Positions 59,819-64,000 of a stretch of DNA of 64,000 nt are shown piece by piece. The stretch's first letter is position 1; every line of letters starts with the position of its first letter. A program made the position numbers and the translations under genes. This DNA comes from Macrostomum lignano. Lineage: Eukaryota. The stretch covers positions 42,111 to 106,110 of the forward strand of contig NIVC01003294.1 of the NCBI GenBank assembly GCA_002269645.1, given 5' to 3'. Below the pieces are notes generated by a model. It worked only from the letters and a program-made list of their open reading frames with translations, was not told the DNA's origin and ran no database searches.

Positions 59819-62800
59819 ATGTCTCTGGCTACATTTCGCCATTCTCTGCGGCCATTGTGCCGGCTGGCTCTATACCAGCAAAGAAGTCCCATGAGCGTTG
59901 ATCATCATGCAAGCTCTTCAATGCAAGCTCCTTCTACGGCATTGTCCAGCACAGATTCAAGTGCAGCCGCAGTCTCTGGGGATGCCCAACAGGCCCACCG
60001 GCTGGCCATATTTAACGAAGAGTTCGAGCGTCAATTAAAACGATCCAAACGATCTATTGATAAAATCGAAGTTGTCTATACTGGACCAGACGGTCAGTCG
60101 CATAGTCTGTTTTTAAACAAAGGCGTCTCAACTCCACTAGACGCTGCTAAGCATCTGTCAGAGGAATTGAGCTCGGAATCGGTGCTGGCTATAGTTAATG
60201 GCAGCACAGCCTGGGACATGCATCGGCCATTGAATACCAGCTGTTCCTTGGCGTTTCTTAACTTTAAAACTCCCGGCAGTAAAGAGGAAGCTGATGGTAA
60301 ATATTATTTGGGGTGTATTTAGAGATATGGGAAGAATGAAGAAAGGTAGAAAGGTCGGGAAACTGACAGCTCAGCCGCAGCTATTGCTTATTGCATCTGA
60401 TGGCTGCGTACGGCTGTTCAGTCCAAGGACTGGAGGGTCGCCACACACACCCTCAATTACCCCAGCTAATGCTGGCACCCATTTTACAGCTGGGTGAACT
60501 AAAACAATGCAGAGTTAAGCGTCTTGCTCAAGGACACAAATTGTTCCGAGTGGGATCGGGAATCGAACCCCCGACCTTTCGGTCGGGATTTCAACACTAA
60601 CCGCTAGGCTAGAATCCCCCACTAAGCTACAATCCCCCACTAGGCTACAATTCCCCACTAGGCTACTATTCCCCACTAGGCTAAAGTCCCCCACTAGGCT
60701 ACTATTCCCCACTAAGCTACAATTCCCCACTAGGCTACAATTCCCCACTAGGCTACAATTCCCCACTAGGCTACAATTCCCCACTAGGCTACGATTCCCC
60801 ACTAGGCTACTATTCCCCACTAGGCTACAATTCCCCACTAGGCTACAATTCCCCACTAGGCTACAATTCCCCACTAGGCTACAATTCCCCACTAAGCTAC
60901 AATCCCCCACTAGGCTACTATTCCCCACTAAGCTACAATTCCCCACTAGGCTACTATTCCCCACTAGGCTACAATTCCCCACTAGGCTACAATTACCCAC
61001 TAGGCTACAATTACCCACTAGGCTACAATCCCCCACTAGGCTACAATTCCCAACCCCCATTAGGCTACAAAGATTAAGGACGTTAATGTTATGCATTTTC
61101 TTCTCACTTCTGTATAACATCAATCAGTTTTTACTGATACTAAGAAATTGGTTGAACACAATGCTTTAAATAATTTTCCGATATGTTGTGTGAATAATTT
61201 CTTCGTACCCCAAAAGCCACTTTGCTTAACGAAAAAAGCAAATCGTCTTACGTTGCTATTAAAATTGTTTTCAAAGGTATCAAGTTGTGCAACACAGCGC
61301 TTTGGCGATCGGGCTCTCTACTGATTGGCTCGGTATTCGAGACCGCTTTCAAAGAGGCCTACAATGTCAAGCTGATCAGTTTCCCTATTCCTTACATCAA
61401 AAGTGGAAGCTTCGTCTACGACTGTCAGGTATGAGAACCCGAGATTTTTTTTATTCTGACATTGACAAATACAGGTCAGAGAAATCTCCAGATGACCTTA
61501 ACAGAGACGGGGAAATCCCTAATTGACCTTGGCAGACCGGTGGGAAAATCCCTAAACGACCCTGACAGAACTAATATGGGCAGAACAGCGGGGAATCCCT
61601 ATATTGCCGGCGCAGAGTGGCCGGCGGAGAATCTCTTAATAACCGGGGCAGAATGGTTGGGAATCCCCCAATAACCGGGGCAGAATGGTGGGGGAATCCC
61701 TCAATAACCTGGGCAGAATGTTAGGGAACTCCCTAAATGACCTGAGCAGAATGACGGGGAAATCCCTCAACGACCTGGGCAGAATAGCGGGAGAATCACT
61801 CAACGATCTGGGCAGACTGGTGGGGGAATCCCTCAACGACCTGGGCAGAATGGCGGGGGAATCCCTCAATAACCTTGGCAGAATGGTGGGGAATCCCTCA
61901 ATAAACTTGACAGAATGGCAGGGGAATCCCTCAATAACCTTCGCAGAATGGCGGGTGAATCTCAATAACAGGGGCAGAAAGGCGGGGAATCCTCAATATC
62001 CTTGGCAGAATGGCTCCGAATCCACCAGTAACCTGAGCAGAATGGCGGGTGAATCTCAATAACAGGGGCAGAAAGGCGGGGAATCCTCAATATCCTTGGC
62101 AGAATGGCTCCGAATCCACCAGTAACCTGAGCAGAATGGCGGTGAAATCCCTCAACAACCTGGGCAGAATAGCGGGAGAATCACTCAACGATCTGGGCAG
62201 AATGGTGGGGGAATCCCTCAACGCACCTGGGCAGAATGGCGGGGGAATCCCTCAATAACCTTGGCAGAATGAGGGGAAATCCCTCAATAACCGGGGCAGA
62301 ATGGCGGGGGAATCCCTCAATAACTTTGGCAGAATGGCGGGGGAATCCCTCAATAACCGGGGCAGAATGGCGGGGAAATCCCTCAATAACCTTGGCAGAA
62401 TGGCGGGGGAATCCCTCAATAACCGGGGCAGAATGGGGGAATCCCTAAATAGCCTTGACAAGATAAAAGAACAAATCCACAGGTGTCGCGGGCTGGCAGC
62501 GGCGAGCCGCTAACATGGAGTCCCAGCCGATCGGAATTGCGTGGCCTCAGCCTAGCAGCCGAGCGGCTAATGGCGGCCGATCACGCCTTCCAACCGATGG
62601 ACGCGCCCGGCCCCGTTGTCATGGAGATGTTCAAGCATAACGAAGCAAAACAGGCAGCAATTCGCAGCATACTGCAGTCCAAGCCCGATCAGATTCTAAC
62701 CGTGTATCGCGTTGGCAATTTTGTCGATTTGAGCTCCGGCCCAATGATCTCTCGTACCGGCCTAATTGGCAGGTTCGCCTTTGCCGCTGTGCACCAAATC

Positions 62801-63001
62801 GACGCGCCAGATTTTGGCCAGCTAATGCGAGTGCAGGGCTTCGCCGTGCCGCGCGCTTTCTTGACGCATTTCAGCTCTGTTGAATTGCTGGAACAACGGG
62901 CGGCTGTGTTGAATAGGGCGTTTCTGCCTACTAAGCCTGGCACTCCTAGGAGACCCCAGCAGCAGCAGAAGGACAGGGCTGCTCAGCATGCCGAAGTCTG
63001 A
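59819..63001 (+). CDS. MRPL39: Mitochondrial ribosomal protein L39 (mL39), 3 exons, 382 aa
   Basis: Exons 59819-60296, 61277-61428 and 62483-63001 join in phase (1149 nt); motifs LNKGVSTPLDAAKH..WDMHRPL..C.L.FL.F, ALWRSGSLLIG..AFK..SGSFVYD, YRVGNFVDLSSGPMI..RVQG match mL39; Arg-rich mitochondrial-targeting-like N-terminus. Confidence 0.92.
60361..60619 (-). mobile_element. tRNA-derived SINE family B in MRPL39 intron 1
   Basis: Reverse complement aligns with 13657-13925; B-box GGTTCGATTCC. Confidence 0.85.
60620..61066. repeat. 18-bp minisatellite abutting the SINE head
   Basis: Tandem CCCCACTAGGCTACAATT, ~25 units. Confidence 0.95.
61545..62455. repeat. 32-33-bp minisatellite in MRPL39 intron 2
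   Basis: Tandem GGCAGAATGGCGGGGGAATCCCTCAATAACC(T/G)G variants. Confidence 0.92.
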
Positions 63002-63104
63002 CAGTTTTTGTAGGCCGTCTCGTCTTAAAACAATAATAAGCTATATATAGGACCTGCGTTGCTTTAGCTTCTGGCTTGTGTGTGTGTGTAGAGATCGGGT
63101 TATC

Positions 63105-63525
63105 ATATTTCTTAATCCTCAGATTGGTTTCTCATATTTCTTAATCCTCAGATCGGGTTCTCATATTTCTTAATCCTCAGATTCGGTTCTCATATTTCTT
63201 AATCCTCAGATTGGGTTCTCATATTTCTTAATCCCCAGATTGGGTTCTCATATTTCTTAATCCTTAGATTGGGTTCTCATGTTTCTTAATCCTCAGATTG
63301 AGTTCTCATATTTCTTAATCCTTAGATTGGGTTCTCATGTTTCTTAATCCTCAGATTGGGTTCTCATATTTCTTAATCCTTAGATTGGGTTCTCATGTTT
63401 CTTAATCCTCAGATTGGGTTCTCATATTTCTTAATCCTCAGATTGGGTTCTCATATTTCTTAATCCTCAGATTGGGTTTCCATCTGAATCCCTAGACTGG
63501 GTTCTCATATTTTTAAATCCTCAGA
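63105..63525. repeat. 29-bp minisatellite between MRPL39 and RPS14
   Basis: Tandem TTTCTTAATCCTCAGATTGGGTTCTCATA. Confidence 0.95.
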
Positions 63526-63826
63526 TCCTTTTGTTGTGTCTCCTAATCTTTGCACTTTTGCAACGCAGCTAAGCAATGCCCAATGTTATAGGCAGAAATA
63601 AAACGTTGAGCATGCATGCAATTAATCAATTTTGTATTTGTTTAAATACACAGCGTTGCAGTTATTTTAAAAGATCTTTCATGAATGCGTCTTCTTAGTT
63701 TCTTTATTTTTTTCAATTTCAATTTGTATTAAAATTTTAATTGGTTTCTTTATCACATCGTGTTTTAATTGTCAATTGTCAGCTTTAACACAATCAATGC
63801 ATGCTCACTTTCAGCTCAAGTGACCT

Positions 63827-63970
63827 ATGGCGCCCGCAAAGGAGCACCCAAGAAGGAAGAGCAGGTCCAGCTGGGGCCTCAGGTGGCCGAAGGGAGATTG
63901 TGTTCGGAGTTGCTCACATCTTGCTTCGTTTAACGACACCTTTGTGCACGTCACCGACCGCGACTGGCTC
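63827..63970 (+). CDS. RPS14: 40S ribosomal protein S14 (uS11), first coding exon; gene continues beyond the window; apparent 1-bp deletions
   Basis: Correcting about three single-base indels gives [45 protein letters not shown]; followed by donor GTGAGT at 63971. Confidence 0.85.
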
Positions 63971-64000
63971 GTGAGTAGTGATTGGTTACCTGTTTTTTGT

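Noticed and set aside
60515-62513. VGNCSL and NLGRMAGESL repeat proteins (LRR-like or hexapeptide-like)
   Set aside because: They are translations of intronic minisatellites within MRPL39.
63827-63970. RPS14 as a pseudogene
   Set aside because: The frameshifts are single-base losses, mostly in short homopolymers, in an otherwise conserved exon with intact splice signals; sequencing error is more likely, though this needs short-read confirmation.

Overview
Eukaryotic, repeat-rich genomic window with spliceosomal introns, GC-rich exons and AT-rich spacers. It is invertebrate-like and reminiscent of the flatworm Macrostomum, but that identity is only an inference. Recognisable genes: a complete 3-exon RPS4, a complete 3-exon MRPL39, the first coding exon of RPS14, a frameshifted and apparently 3'-truncated C11orf54-like gene (present twice across an assembly gap), a novel 3-exon gene, and two divergently oriented intronless paralogs of a ~1050-aa protein built from tandem LRAT/PLAAT (permuted NlpC/P60) repeats. 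One paralog is split by a 3.3-kb DNA transposon. The rest is TE-derived: a young non-autonomous LTR element with an extra ORF, nested Gypsy relics, a LINE RNase H relic, two tRNA-derived SINE families, MULE/mariner/hAT/EnSpm-like non-autonomous elements, a foldback-like structure and many minisatellites. Most notable: (1) the multi-LRAT protein with degenerate repeats plus one NCEHF repeat; (2) a strong CpG plus CpA C-to-T erosion signature in repeat DNA that resembles fungal RIP; (3) TE insertions that may be spliced out or carry their own cargo. All alignments and counts were done by eye; no database searches were run.
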